Source: Malacoraja senta (taxonomy: Eukaryota). From it: DNA of 64,000 bases. Each line of letters begins with the position of its first letter. The stretch's first letter is position 1. The stretch covers positions 62,001 to 126,000 of the forward strand of contig JAXLNO010004868.1 of the NCBI GenBank assembly GCA_038087875.1, written 5' to 3'. Below are positions 37,795 through 50,265 of the stretch, one piece after another. Both the position numbers and the translations under genes were made by a program. The notes under the pieces are model-generated. The model did no database searches, was not told the DNA's origin, and saw only the letters and a program-made list of their open reading frames with translations.

Positions 37795-40700
37795 CGGAAG
37801 TGGTAGTGCATGTCGGCACAAACAATGTCGGAAAGAAGGGGATGAATATTCTGCAGCGTGAATTTAGAGAGCTCGGAAAAATGCTGAAAAGCAGGACCTC
37901 CAGGGTTGTTATTTCCGGTTTGCTTCCAGTTCCTCGTGCTGGCGAGAACAGGAACAGGGAGATACGGGACCTGAATGTGTGGCTGAGAACCTGGTGCACG
38001 GGGCAGGGATTTAGATTCTTAGATCACTGGGATCTGTTTTGGTGTAAGGGGGAACTGTACAAAAGGGACGGATTGCATCTTAAAGGTGGGGGACCAGCAT
38101 TCTGGCAGGTAGGTTTGCCACTGCTACACGGGTGGTTTTAAACTGAATAAGGGGGGTGGGTGTCAAATGGGATAGTCGAGGATGGAGTTAAAGGGAAAGG
38201 GTTTCTTAAATGTGTGAGCAGAGAAAGGTGTAAAATGAGGGTAGAAGCAATAGGTAGCAAGGTGAAAAGTAAAAGTGGCAGGCAGACAAATCCAGGGCAA
38301 AAATCAAAAAGGGCCACTTTTCAACATAATTGTATAAGGGGTAAGAGTGTTGTAAAAACAAGCCTGAAGGCTTTGTGTCTCAATGCAAGGAGCATTCGTA
38401 ATAAGGTGGATGAGTTGAATGTGCAGATAGCTATTAATGACTATGATATAGTTGGGATCACGGAGACATGGCTACAGGGTGACCAAGGCTGGGAGCTGAA
38501 CATCCAGGGATATTCAATATTCAGGAGGGATAGACAGAAAGGAAAAGGAGGTGGGGTAGCGTTGCTGGTTAGAGAGGAGATTAACGCAATAGAAAGGAAG
38601 GACATTAGCTTGGAGGATGTGGAATCGATATGGGTAGAGCTGCGAAACACTAAGGGGCAGAAAACGCTAGTGGGAGGTGTGTACAGGCCACCTAACAGTA
38701 GTAGTGGAGTTGGGGATGGCATCAAACAGGAAATTAGAAATGCGTGCAACAAAGGTAAAACAGTTATAATGGGTGACTTCAATCTACATATAGATTGGGT
38801 GAATCAAATTGGCAGGGGTGCTGAGGAAGAGGATTTCTTGGAATGTATGCGGGATAGTTTTCTAAACCAACATGTAGAGGAACCAACGAGAGAGCAGGCT
38901 ATTGAGTAATGAGGAAGGGATAGTTAGCAGTCTTGTTGTGCGTGGCCCCTTGGGCAAGAGTGACCATAATATGGTTGAGTTCTTCATTAGGATGGAGAGT
39001 GACATAATTAATTCAGAAACAAGGGTTCTGAACTTAAAGAAAGGTAACTTTGAGGGTATGAGACGTGAATTGGCCATGATAGACTGGCAATTGATTCTTA
39101 AAGGGTTGATGGTGGATATGCAATGGAAGGCATTTAAAGGCTGCATGGATGAACTACAACAATTGTTCATCCCAGTTTGGCAAAAGAATAAATCATGGAA
39201 GGTAGTGCATCCGTGGATAACAAGGGAAATCAGGGATAGTATCAAAACAAAAGATGAAACATACAAATTAGCCAGAAAAAGCAGCCTACCAGAGGACTGG
39301 GAGAAATTCAGAGTCCAGCAGAGGAGGACAAAGGGCTTAATTAGGAAAGGGAAAATAGATTATGAAAGAAAACTGTCAGGGAACATAAAAACTGACTGCA
39401 AACATTTTTATAGATATGTGAAGAGAAAAAGATTAATTAAAACAAATGTAGGTCCCTTGCAGTCAGAAACAGGTGAATTGATCATGGGGAACAAGGACAT
39501 GGCAGACCAATTGAAAAACTACTTTGGTTCTGTCTTCACTAAGGAAGACTTAAATAATCTGCCGGAAATAGCAGGGGACCGGGGGTCAAATGGGATGGAG
39601 GAACTGAGTGAAATCCAGGTTAGCCGGGAAGTGGTGTTAGGTAAATTGAATGGATTAAAGGCCGATAAATCCCCAGGGCCAGATAGGCTGCATCCCAGGG
39701 TACTTAAGGACGTAGCCCCAGAAATAGTGGATGCATTAGTGATAATTTTTCAAAACTCTTTAGATTCTGGAGTAGTTCCTGAGGATTGGAGGGTAGCTAA
39801 TGTAACCCCACTTTTTAAAAAGGGAGGGCGAGAGAAAACGGGGAATTACAGACCAGTTAGTCTAACATCGGTAGTGGGGAAACTGCTAATCAGTTATTAA
39901 AGATGGGATAGCAGCACATTTGGAAAGTGGTGAAATCATTGGACAAAGTCAGCATGGATTTATGAAAGGTAAATCATGTCTGACGAATCTTATAGAATTT
40001 TTCGAGGATGTAACTAGTAGAGTGGATAAGGGAGAACCAGTGGATGTATTATATCTGGACTTTCAGAAGGCTTTCGACAAGGTCCCACATAAGAGATTAG
40101 TATACAAACTTAAAGCACACGGTATTGGGGGTTCAGTATTGATGTGAATAGAGAACTGGCTGGCAGACAGGAAGCAAAGAGTAGGAGTAAACGGGTCCTT
40201 TGCAGAATGGCAGGCAGTGACTAGTGGGGTACCGCAAGGCTCAGTGCTGGGACCCCAGCTATTTACAATATATATTAATGATTTGGACGAGGGAATTGAA
40301 TGCAACATCTCCAAGTTTGTGGATGACACGAAGCTGGGGGGCAGTGTTAGCTGTGAGGAGGATGCTAGGAGGCTGCAAGGTGACTTGGATAGGCTGGGTG
40401 AGTGGGCAAATGCATGGCAGATGCAGTATAATGTGGATAAATGTGAGGTTATCCACTTTGGTGGCAAAAACAGGAAAGTAGACTATTATCTGAATGGTGG
40501 CCGATTAGGAAAAGGGGAGATGCAACGAGACATGGGTGTCATGGTACACCAGTCATTGAAAGTAGGCATGCAGGTGCAGCAGGCAGTGAAGAAAGCGAAT
40601 GGTATGTTAGCATTCATAGCAAAAGGATTTGAGTATAGGAGCAGGGAGTTTCTACTGCAGTTGAACAGGGTCTTGGTGAGACCACACCTGGAGTATTGCG

Positions 40701-41237
40701 TACAGTTTTGGTCTCCTAATCTGAGGAAAGACATTCTTGCCATAGAGGGAATACAGAGAAGGTTCACCAGACTGATTCCTGGGATGGCAGGACTTTCATA
40801 TGAAGAAAGACTGGATAGACTTGGCTTGTACTCGCTAGAATTTAGAAGATTGAGGAGGGATCTTATAGAAACGTACAAAATTCTTAAGGGGTTGGACAGG
40901 CTAGATGCAGGAAGATTGTTCCCGATGTTGGGGAAGTCCAGAACAAGGGGTCACAGTTTAAGGATAAGGGGGAAATCTTTTAGGACCGAGATGAGAAAAA
41001 CATTTTTCACACAGAGAGTGGTGAATCTCTGGAATTCTCTGCCACAGGCCAGTTCATTGGCTATATTTAAAAGGTAGTTAGATGTGGCCCTTGTGGCTAA
41101 AGGTATCAGGGGGTATGGAGAGAAGGCAGGTACAGGATATTGAGTTGGATGATCAGCCATGATCATATTGAATGGCGGTGCAGGCTCAAAGGGCCGAATG
41201 GCCTACTCCTGCACCTATTTTCTATGTTTCTATGTTT
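37795..41237 (+). mobile_element. Long CR1 LINE: ORF1 SGNH-esterase C-terminal part, ORF2 APE-RT, 3' tail
   Basis: VVHVGTNN...DGLHL; LNARSIRNK, ITETW, GDFN, SDH; NYRPVSLTS, GVPQGSVLGP, FVDDTK; (tttctatg)n tail; a few frameshifts and stops. Confidence 0.95.
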
Positions 41238-42225
41238 CTTGGTCTTACTGACATTGGGAGCCAGGTTGTTGTGCTGGCACCATTTGGAGAATCGATCGAT
41301 CTCACTTCTATACTTTGACTGATCACCATCTGTAATTCGTCCAACAATGTTGGTGTTGTCGGCGAACTTAAAGATGCAGTTCGCACTGTGTCCGGAGAAG
41401 AATCCCAGCCCCCCCACAACTCATGAGAGACAAGCAACATTCACTGCTGAAAACTTTCTGGGAACTTGGCATTTCAAGCCACAATACCAGGCTATAAATA
41501 ATAAATAGTAATACACACAGATAATTTTATCTTATTAAAATATGCCAGCTTGATTGTACTACAGATCAGGAAATGTTTTCTCATTATAAGACTTTATGTT
41601 ATAAAGTACACTATGTACAAATTCCTGGGCGTTAACATCTCCTGAGACCTATCCTGGACCCAGCACAAAGAATCTTGAAACAAGAAGTACCAACATTTCT
41701 ACATACTTACATGCTTAAAGAAACTTGGCACATCATTGAATATTCTAACAAACCTCTACAGGATTCTCACTACCCTGGAGTCTCATTTGCAACAATAGAA
41801 TCTCCTGTCTGCAGGGCTGCCAACATTGGGTGAGAGTTGAGAGTGAGAAATTGTGAGAGAGCGTAGTGACCAGAGGGGGTGGGGGGGGGGGGGAGGTGTG
41901 GGGGAGGGAGGGTGTTCCCCTCCCACGGTAGGGAGCTTTTGCATTTTTCAGCTTGAAATTGTGCAATCTGGTGCATACTGTAGCGAGTCTTTTAACTTGC
42001 ATTTGAATGCAACATTTATGCTTTACAATGGTAGGCAAAATTGCTGGAGAAACTCAGCGAGTGCGGCAGGATCTATGGAGCGAAGGAAATAGGCAGCTTT
42101 TCGGGCCGAAACCCTTCTTCAGACGGTTTCAACCTTACCCTTTGAATATAGAAACAAGACGAAAATAATGCCACATATTCAATCATATATGGTTCAATGA
42201 AATTAAGATATATATGTAAAAATAT

Positions 42226-42435
42226 ATATGGAAACAGGCCGTTCCGCCCACAAAGTCCACACCGACCAGCAATCCATCATACACCAATTCCATCCATCAC
42301 GCCAGGGACAATTTACAGAAGCCAATTAATCTACAAACCTGCACTTCTTTTGGATATGTGAGAAACCGGAATATCCAGAGAAAACCCATGTGGTAGTAAG
42401 GCAGCAACTCTACCACTGCGCCACCGTGCCACCCA
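42226..42435 (-). mobile_element. V-SINE (internally deleted)
   Basis: Head gggtggcacggtggcgcagtggtagagttgctgcc and SINE tail. Confidence 0.75.
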
Positions 42436-43669
42436 TTAAATTATTTTTTCTGTAATATATTTATTATGGTGTCACGTGAATAAAGATGAACACATGATTC
42501 TGATTTCTGCCCTTAGTTGGATAACACACGTCCAGTCTGTGTTTTATGGCTGGTTTTCAACCTCTTCAGGCTGAAGGTCTTGACTCGAAACATCACCCAT
42601 TCTTTCTCTCCAGAGATGCTGCCTGTCCTGCTGAGTTTTTCTAGTTTTTAGTGTCTATCTTCAGTTTAAACCAGCATCTGCAATTCCTTCCTACACTATT
42701 TGTTAAGCAAAACAGGTCCTATTCTCATTATATAATTTTGTGATCAGCGTGAGAGCATGAGAGTTTTGTGAAATGCATGAGTCTCACGCTCAATGCGTGA
42801 GAGTTGGCAGCCCTGCTAATAATGCAAACATTTTATGCAAGTTCCAATTGTTTGGACAAAAATCACTTATTACTGCTTTATAACAGTTAAGTTACATTAA
42901 GACCATTTCAGAAATTATGGCAGTCAACAAAAAATCAACTAACAAATTAAAGCAAACTAAAAAAAAGAACATGTTCCCTTTCCTGACTCTACCTCATAAG
43001 TACTTTAACGCTGTTAACAGAGCAAAGGGATATTAATTTCAAGAATCAAAATGGGGAAAGTGAGGGCAATTTTGCATAAATGGACATTCTAAGCCCATTC
43101 AGATCTGCATAGAGTCAGAGTTATACAACATGTACATGGCTGGCCCAATTTGTCCATAATGATCAAGTTGGCATTCTGCGTGCCCAGGGACTGGCTGCCG
43201 TTCCCAGATCAGCTCGCGTCCCAGGGACTGGCTGCAGTTCTCAGGTCGGCTTGCCTGCCCCGACCCCATGAAAACTAATTGAAAAACCCCCCGCGGTTTT
43301 TCGGGTTACCGGCCGGATTCGGCCCGTGTGCCGTAGGTTGTCGAACCCTGTCCTAGATGTTTGGCTCATTGTGGTCCCCCCCCATGTTTTACAACCAATT
43401 CATCTGGTTAGTTCTATCTCCGGCTGCTTCATGTTGTCGGCGGCTGCACATCCAACCAAGAAAGAGAAGAGAAGAGACGTCACTCACAGCCGCCAACTGA
43501 CGCGCTTCCCCAGACTGCACAGATCGCTGTGATGTGGTGCAAAGAGACAAACTGTGCAGGGACTCAAGACAGTGTGAGAATTCTGTCATCAGCGCGAGCA
43601 TTGGCTGAAATGCGTGACTCTCACGCTCAAAGCGTGAGAGTTGGCAGCCCTGTCTAAGGCCAGGATGTG

Positions 43670-44480
43670 ACAACAGACACACAGGGAGACACATACACAA
43701 AGGAAGACACACACACACACACACGGAGACAGACACACACACACAGGGAGACAGACAGACACACACACGGGGAGACGCACAGACACACACACGGGGAGAC
43801 ACACACACACAGACACACATACACACAGGGAGCCACACACACAGGGAGACACACAGACACGCACACACACACAGGGAGACAAACAACAAACACGGGGAGA
43901 CACACACACAGGGAGACACACAGACATGCACAGGGAGACACACACACACACAGGGAGACACACAGACACGCACACACACACAGGGAGACACACACACACA
44001 GTGAGACACACACACAGGGAGACACACAGACACGCACACACACACAGGGAGACACACAGACACGCACACACACACAGGGAGACACACACACAGGGAGACA
44101 CACAGACACGCACACACACACAGGGAGACACACACACAGGAGACACACACACACAGGGAGACACACACACACGGGGAGACACACACACACACGGAGACAC
44201 ACAGGGAGGCACACATACACACACAAGGACACACACAGGGAGACAGACACACAAGCACACACACACACACCTTTTCTTCCCCCTCCCTCCATCCACCCCT
44301 TCCTCCCTCCTGCTCCCCGTCCATCCCTCTTTCCTCCCCCTCCCTCTTTCTCCACTTTCTCCTTTCCTTCCTTCATCCCCTTTCTACATTCCCTCCCCTT
44401 GTCTCTCTTTGCCTCCATCCCTCCCTTTTTTTCTTTCCCTCTCTCTCTCTCTCTTTCGCCCCCTCCCTCTCTCTCCCGGC
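43670..44480. repeat. Compound microsatellite ((CA)n GGGAGA units) followed by a C/T-rich tract
   Basis: Directly visible; explains the long CV-rich and TH-rich ORFs. Confidence 0.95.
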
Positions 44481-44943
44481 CACCCAATGGGGAGTCTGGC
44501 GGGCACGGTGCAGCGTGGATTGGTGGCGCTGGCGCTGCCGTGTGAGTTGAAGGGCAGGAGGGAGGGAGGGAGGGAGGGAGGGAGGGAGGGAGCGAGGCTG
44601 CAGCAGCGGCCGGCAGCACAGCGCTCACAGCCGGCACATAGAGCTGCTGACACCTGGCGGCTGCACATCCAACCAAGAGAGAAGAGACGCGACGTCAATC
44701 ACAGCCGGCAACCGACGCGCTTTGCCAGACCGTGCAGATCCCTGGCACGCGGCGCAAAGGGACAAACCAAACATACTCTAGCGGAGCTCCTCTGGTATCT
44801 TTGTGACAAACTGTGCAGGGACTGAATTCAGCGTGAGAACTCGGTCATGAGCGTGAGGGCGTGAGAATTTGCTCCAAGGCGTGATTCTCATGCTGAAAGC
44901 GTGAGAGTTGGCAGCCCCTGTGTCTGCCTCCCCTAATTAATGA

Positions 44944-46198
44944 AGGTACACAAAAATGCTGGAGAAACTCAGCGGGTGCAGCAGCATCTATGGAGCGAAG
45001 GAAATAGGTAACGTTTCGGGCCGAAACCCTTCTTCAGACTGATAGGGGTGGGGAGAAGAAAGGAAAAAAGGAAAAGGAGGAGGAGGAGCCCGAGGGCTGG
45101 GGGAGGGGCGGAGACAACCAGATGGCTGATGAAGGGGAGGGGACAGCCAGGGCTAGCAGAATTGGGAGAATTCAACGTTCAGGCCACCAGGATGTAGACT
45201 GCCCAAGCGGAATATGAGGTGCATTTCCTCCAATTTACGGTGTTGCTCGCTGTGGCCATGGAGGAGACCCAGGACAGAGAGGTCAGATACGGAATGGGAG
45301 GGGGAGTTGAAGTGCTGAGCCACCGGGAGTTCAGGTTGGTTATTGCGGACCGACCGGAGGTGTTCGGCGAAACGATCACATACAACAAGTGATCCTCCGT
45401 CAGTTCCGCCACCTCCAACGTGACCCCACCACTCGCCACATCTTCCCATCTCCCCCTATGTCTGCCTTCCGCAAAGACCGCTCCCTCCGTAACTCCCTTG
45501 TCAATTCTTCCCTTCCCTCCCATACCACCCCCTCCCCTGGTACTTTCCCTTGCAACCGCAAGAGATGCAACACTTGTCCCTTCACTTCCCCCCTCCACTC
45601 CATTCCAGGACCCAAGCAGTCGTTCCAGGTGCGACAGAGGTTCACCTGCATCTCCTCCAACCTCATCTATTGCATTCGCTGCTCTAGATGCCAGCTGATC
45701 TACATCGGTGAGACCAAGCGGAGGCTTGGCGATCGTTTCGCCGAACACCTCCGGTCGGTCCGCAATAACCAACCTGAACTCCCGGTGGCTCAGCACTTCA
45801 ACTCCCCCTCCCATTCCGTATCTGACCTCTCTGTCCTGGGTCTCCTCCATGGCCACAGCGAGCAACACCGTAAATTGGAGGAAATGCACCTCATATTCCG
45901 CTTGGGCAGTCTACATCCTGGTGGCCTGAACGTTGAATTCTCCCAATTCTGCTAGCCCTGGCTGTCCCCTCCCCTTCATCAGCCATCTGGTTGTCTCCGC
46001 CCCTCCCCCAGCCCTCGGGCTCCTCCTCCTCCTTTTCCTTTTTCCTTTCTTCTCCCCACCCCCTATCAGTCTGAAGAAGGGTTTCGGCCCGAAACGTTAC
46101 CTATTTCCTTCGCTCCATAGATGCTGCTGCACCCGCCTGAGTTTCTCCAGCATTTTTGTGTACCTTCGATTTTCCAGCATCTGCAGTTCCTTCTTTAA
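44944..46198 (+). mobile_element. Penelope-like element (probably Neptune-type), 5'-truncated, with an inverted upstream copy of its 3' end
   Basis: ORF 45389-45955 has a CNRKRCNTC linker and GIY-YIG (NLIYCIRCSRCQLIYIGET); inverted arms ~44944-45377 and 45731-46167; 14-bp TSD cccctaattaatga at 44930-44943 and 46199-46212. Confidence 0.93.
46065..46104 (+). ncRNA. Minimal hammerhead-ribozyme-like motif in the Penelope terminal repeat
   Basis: CTGAAGA-A-GGGT(TTCG)GCCC-GAAA-CGTT: catalytic core boxes, stem II and palindromic ACGT in place of stem III; stem I is weak (4 of 6 pairs). Confidence 0.6.
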
Positions 46199-46384
46199 CC
46201 CCTAATTAATGAGTTTCCTACCACTATGGCTCTGCCTGACATTACTCTTCCCTGCTGTGCTCTGAGTCAGGTTCAGTGTCATCGCCCTGACTGCTACTGC
46301 TCCTCACTTTTAACAGGTCACTCCCATCATGTACACCTGTTTTGAAGAGGAATGGCCACAGGGGTCACGCACTCTCTGTTTACT

Positions 46385-46870
46385 CATGGAGTCGTAGAGC
46401 CATACAGCACAGAACAGGGCCTTTGGCGAACAAAGTGCCCATCTACACTAGTCCCACCGGCCCGTGTTTGGCTCATATGCATTCTTAATATTTCCCATCT
46501 ATATACTTGTCCAAACGTGTTTTAAATGCTGTTATGGTTTCTGCCTCAACGATCTCCTCTGGCAACTCATTCCAAATACCCACCACCCTCGATGTGAAAA
46601 AGTTGTCCCTTAGATTCCGATTAAATCTTTCCTTTCTCATCTTAAACTTACATCCTCTGGTTCTTGATTCTGAAAAATCTGGTAAAAGAATCTGTGCATC
46701 TACTCTATCTATTCCCCTCAAGATCTTGTTCAGCTCTATAAAATCACTTACCATCCTTCTACTCTCCAAGGAATAGACTCCTAGCCTGTTCAACCTCTCC
46801 ATATAGCTCAGGTCCTCAAATACTGGCAATATCCTCGTAAATCTCTGCCGTCTTCCCAGCTTCACATCAG
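46385..46870 (-). mobile_element. CR1 3' fragment
   Basis: QRFTRILP...SRTRG...[14 protein letters not shown]. Confidence 0.88.
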
Positions 46871-47277
46871 CTTTACTCCCTTTCCTCGTGGTCACCACCT
46901 TTCTTCCTGTATTCTCACAGATAGCTCCCTACTAGAGAGCTGCACCTGGACACAATTCCCACAAGTATAGTCATCAGGGACACCAACAGTTTCACTGACT
47001 TCCCACGTCCTGCAGGAAGAATATTGAACCATTATCTGTCATCACTACCACACTGGACAAAAGGAAAATAAAAGCACAGCAATCGCACAGAAGAAACAGC
47101 AGACTGTACCATTACCACCTGTGCCTGTCTGCTTAGCCTCCTTGCCTCACCCTCCTCACCAAAGGCTCTTGAGCCAAAGCCTCACACTTATCGGCCTGTC
47201 CCACTTAGGCAATTTTTCAGCGGACTGCTGGTACGAGAATTCTTGCTACTCTCCACGGCGGCTTCATTCTAGTCGCC

Positions 47278-47477
47278 NNNNNNNNNNNNNNNNNNNNNNN
47301 NNNNNNNNNNNNNNNNNNNNNNNNNNNNNNNNNNNNNNNNNNNNNNNNNNNNNNNNNNNNNNNNNNNNNNNNNNNNNNNNNNNNNNNNNNNNNNNNNNNN
47401 NNNNNNNNNNNNNNNNNNNNNNNNNNNNNNNNNNNNNNNNNNNNNNNNNNNNNNNNNNNNNNNNNNNNNNNNNNNNN
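47278..47477. other. Assembly gap (200 N)
   Basis: Run of N; a MITE start lies on the left and a Helitron interior on the right, so the true gap content is unknown. Confidence 1.
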
Positions 47478-47914
47478 TCTCCCTCTTCCATCACTCCCCC
47501 TACCCCCCTCCCCTCCCTCTCTCCCACTTCCACCACTGCCCCCTACACCTCTCCCCCTCCCTCCCCATTCTTCCACTTATCTCCCCCCATCCCTCCCCAT
47601 CTCCCTCCCCCCTCCCTCCCTCCCCAATCTTCCCCCTCTCTCCGCTCTCCCCCTCCACACTCTTCCCCCTCTCTCCTCCCCTCCCACCCCCTCCCTCCCC
47701 CCTCTTCACCCCCATCTCCTCCCACCCCCTTCCCCTCTCTCTTGCACCACTCCCCGCTACCCCTCTCCCCCTCACTCCCCACTCTCCCCCTCTCCCTCCA
47801 CCACCCCCTCCCTCTCTGGAGGGTGTGATGAGTGTGTGTGTTTGTGGGTGCCAGATTCCCACCCCACAACCGTGCTTTGGAGTAACAGACCCAACGGGTC
47901 TGCACTTGGTCTAG
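47478..47914 (+). mobile_element. Helitron 3' portion
   Basis: Hairpin cagaccc-aac-gggtctg (47886-47902), then CTAG (47911-47914) followed by T; C/T-rich interior; 5' end lost in the gap. Confidence 0.8.
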
Positions 47915-47999
47915 TTTCATCTAAATCTCTTATGTCTCCAACAAGATCATCAAGCAGATGGGTCAGTGTTTCTTTCAAAGAATGTCGGCCAAAGCTAAC

Positions 48000-48900
48000 A
48001 GATCAATGTGAACTGATCCGGGAGTGGTAAACGGATCAAAGTTTCTGAGCACGCAGTGGGGAGGGAAGGCGGAGATAAAACGGACCAATAAAGGTCTACG
48101 GTGGAAGTGGAGACTGGTGTCACGTCGCAAATAGTTTAACGTTAATCATTCGTCTATCGGACATATTAGGGTTACTTCTGAACACTGGGAAGGGGAATTG
48201 ACTTTGGAGCCGAGGTGGATTTTCACTGCGGGTGTCATTCGCAGGCCAGTGAGTACATTGCATGCTTGCACGATTAAGGTGTATTTTATATCCCGTTTAC
48301 TGTGGGAAATAAGCTAAGATAAAAATAAGATCACACTGCTTTAAGTAAGTTTAGTTTGTGACACTACTTACCGCAGAGGCAAACGCCGATTTAATTTCAA
48401 GCCCACCAGGCGAGATGCGTGGCAGGACTTTCTGTTTTAAATATAACTGTGTACCAAATGATGCTTGTAAAACCATTTAATCTTCCTGCAAACAATGGTC
48501 TACGATAGAGATCACTCTTCAAAATCCATTCACCAGCCCGAACCGGTTTCCATCAAATCCCTGCCTCTCTGCAATATTGACATATTAAAAATATGTTTCA
48601 GCTTCCCCGGCTTGTTTGGATCTAGACTAGATCCCGCATCTACCCAGTTTGTCCGGCCAGGGGGCCGGATCGGCGCACTCGGGTTGCAAGTTCCCATCCC
48701 TAGAATCAGAACAAAAACGAAACAGCGGGTGCTGGATATCTTCAACAAAATAAAGTTAATTGCAGGAAATATTCAGCAGGTCAAGCCGCATCTGCGGGAA
48801 GAGAAACAGTTACAACGTGTCGGCGAATGTTCTCCGACCTGAAATATTAGCTCTGCCCCTCTGCCCCTCTGCCCACAGAAGTACCCTAAATGTTTCCGCG
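48000..48900. promoter_or_regulatory. CpG-enriched promoter-like region, mostly non-repeat, with splice donors on both strands
   Basis: Retained CpGs, CCAAT (~48085), GGAAGT (~48103), tcacgt (~48120), HNF1-like gttaatcatt (48141); + donor CCA|gtgagt at 48249; - donor GCG|gtaagt at 48371. Confidence 0.5.
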
Positions 48901-49499
48901 TTTCGGGCATGTTTTGTTTGTTTGTTTCCATTGCCATGTGAACATTGGCGGAGGCTTGGTTGTATATTCTTGCCGAAATTTTGCTCCAGAAAAGGTAATA
49001 TTACATCTATGCAGCCTTTATTGGCAAATCAGTCTCAAAAAGGCAGTACCTAAACTTTTAGTAGCTCAGCGAGCCAGGCTGCGTCTTTTGAGAACGTGGA
49101 CAGATGTCCTCAAGAGATACTTGCCTGAACCGCTGAGTTGCTCCAGCACTTTGTCTCCGATTTTTTTTCTCTGTGTCAGGAACTATTCTGACGCTATGGA
49201 CAGAAATTTGTATTGTTTGTTATAATATTTTTGTTGTTCCTGGTGTCATGCTTTTACTTCTGTAGCAGTCTGCATGACTAAATATCCATTAGCTCAAGAA
49301 TTGACAATTTAACTGGAAAGAGCATCAGAGGCTTGCTTGTATGTGTACTGAACCTTATGCACTTGTTGATCCCAATCAATTTAGTTTACACCCTTTAAAT
49401 AATTTTAATAGTTTTCTTAAATATAATTGTCTGCAAACTACACTGGAAGATTGCCAGGAATGTACGGTGGAAAGTATGCCACCTTTTCCTGAGTAAAAT

Positions 49500-50265
49500 T
49501 ACGGGTAGACAGAGTGGCGAGAAAAGGTTTAGCAGCTTGCCTTCAAGAGTGATGGCATTGAGTACAAGAGTTGGGACATCATATTACAACTGTACAAGAC
49601 ATTGATGAGACTACACTTTTTTGTAATTGTTTGCATTTCCAATTGCTGAGCTATATTCAAAACGTCATTAAACTGGAAAGGGTGCAGAAACCCCCCACCA
49701 GGACTGGAGGGTTTAAGTTAACCGGACAGGCTGGATAAGCTGGGCTCTTTTCCCTGGAATGAAAGAGGCTGAGCAGTAACCTTATAGAGCTATATAAAAT
49801 CATGAGGGACATACATTCTGTGAATGGTCATGGTTTTTTTCACAAGGTGGTAGAGTCTGAAGCTAGAGAGCATTGATTTAAGGTGAGGGGAAATATTTAA
49901 AGGGCAGCACAGTGGTGCAGCAGTAGAGTTGTTGCCTTCCAGCGCCAGAGAGTCAGGTTCGATCCTGACTACATGTGCAGTTTGTGTTGAGTTTGTACAT
50001 TCTTCCTGTGACTGCATGGGGTTTCTCCGGGTGCACTCGTTTCCTCCCACATTCCAAAGACATGCAGGTTTGTAGGTTAATTTGTTTCTGTAAAATGTCC
50101 ATAGTGTGTAGGACAGTGCTAGTGTATGGGGTGATCGTTGGTCAGCGCAGACCCGGTGGGCCGAAGGACCTGTTTCCACACTGTGTCTCCAAAGTCTAAA
50201 GTAAAGTCTAAAGGGATCTGAGGGAAACATTTTCATACAGAGGGTAGCGAGTATGTGGAACAATC
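49500..50265 (+). mobile_element. Old CR1 3' fragment with a V-SINE inserted (~49901-50210)
   Basis: SINE flanked by taaaggg on both sides; CR1 sequence resumes after it. Confidence 0.8.

Larger units (their letters stand above)
26540..41392 (-). mobile_element. Outer Rex1/Babar LINE fragment, split into ~26540-26778, 37631-37794 and 41238-41392 by later insertions
   Basis: The three pieces rejoin as contiguous RT C-terminus: FKFADNTNIVGRITDGD...SKTK | ELIVDFGRG...KFLGVHISE...KAH | Q...FLRRL. Confidence 0.85.
41812..44920. mobile_element. Composite non-autonomous TIR element (hAT-like CAGGGCTGCCAAC ends)
   Basis: Left end at 41812; complementary ends at ~42814, ~43652 and 44920; tgtctg flanks both outer ends. 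Confidence 0.6.

Noticed and set aside
37752-38141. SGNH/GDSL esterase as a host gene
   Set aside because: It is the known esterase domain of CR1 ORF1, directly upstream of ORF2.
43389-44825. Five ORFs of 235-340 aa rich in C/V or T/H
   Set aside because: Translations of a CA/GA microsatellite that lacks stop codons.
47121-47978. Pro-rich and Gly-rich ORFs
   Set aside because: They span the N gap and low-complexity C/T sequence.
48495-49225. ORFs of 97-115 aa in the promoter-like region
   Set aside because: No recognisable domain; the 3' parts run into decayed Penelope terminal repeats.
3447-50210. tRNA-like A/B box sequences at several positions
   Set aside because: All are heads of V-SINE copies followed by the V domain and a LINE-type tail, not tRNA genes.
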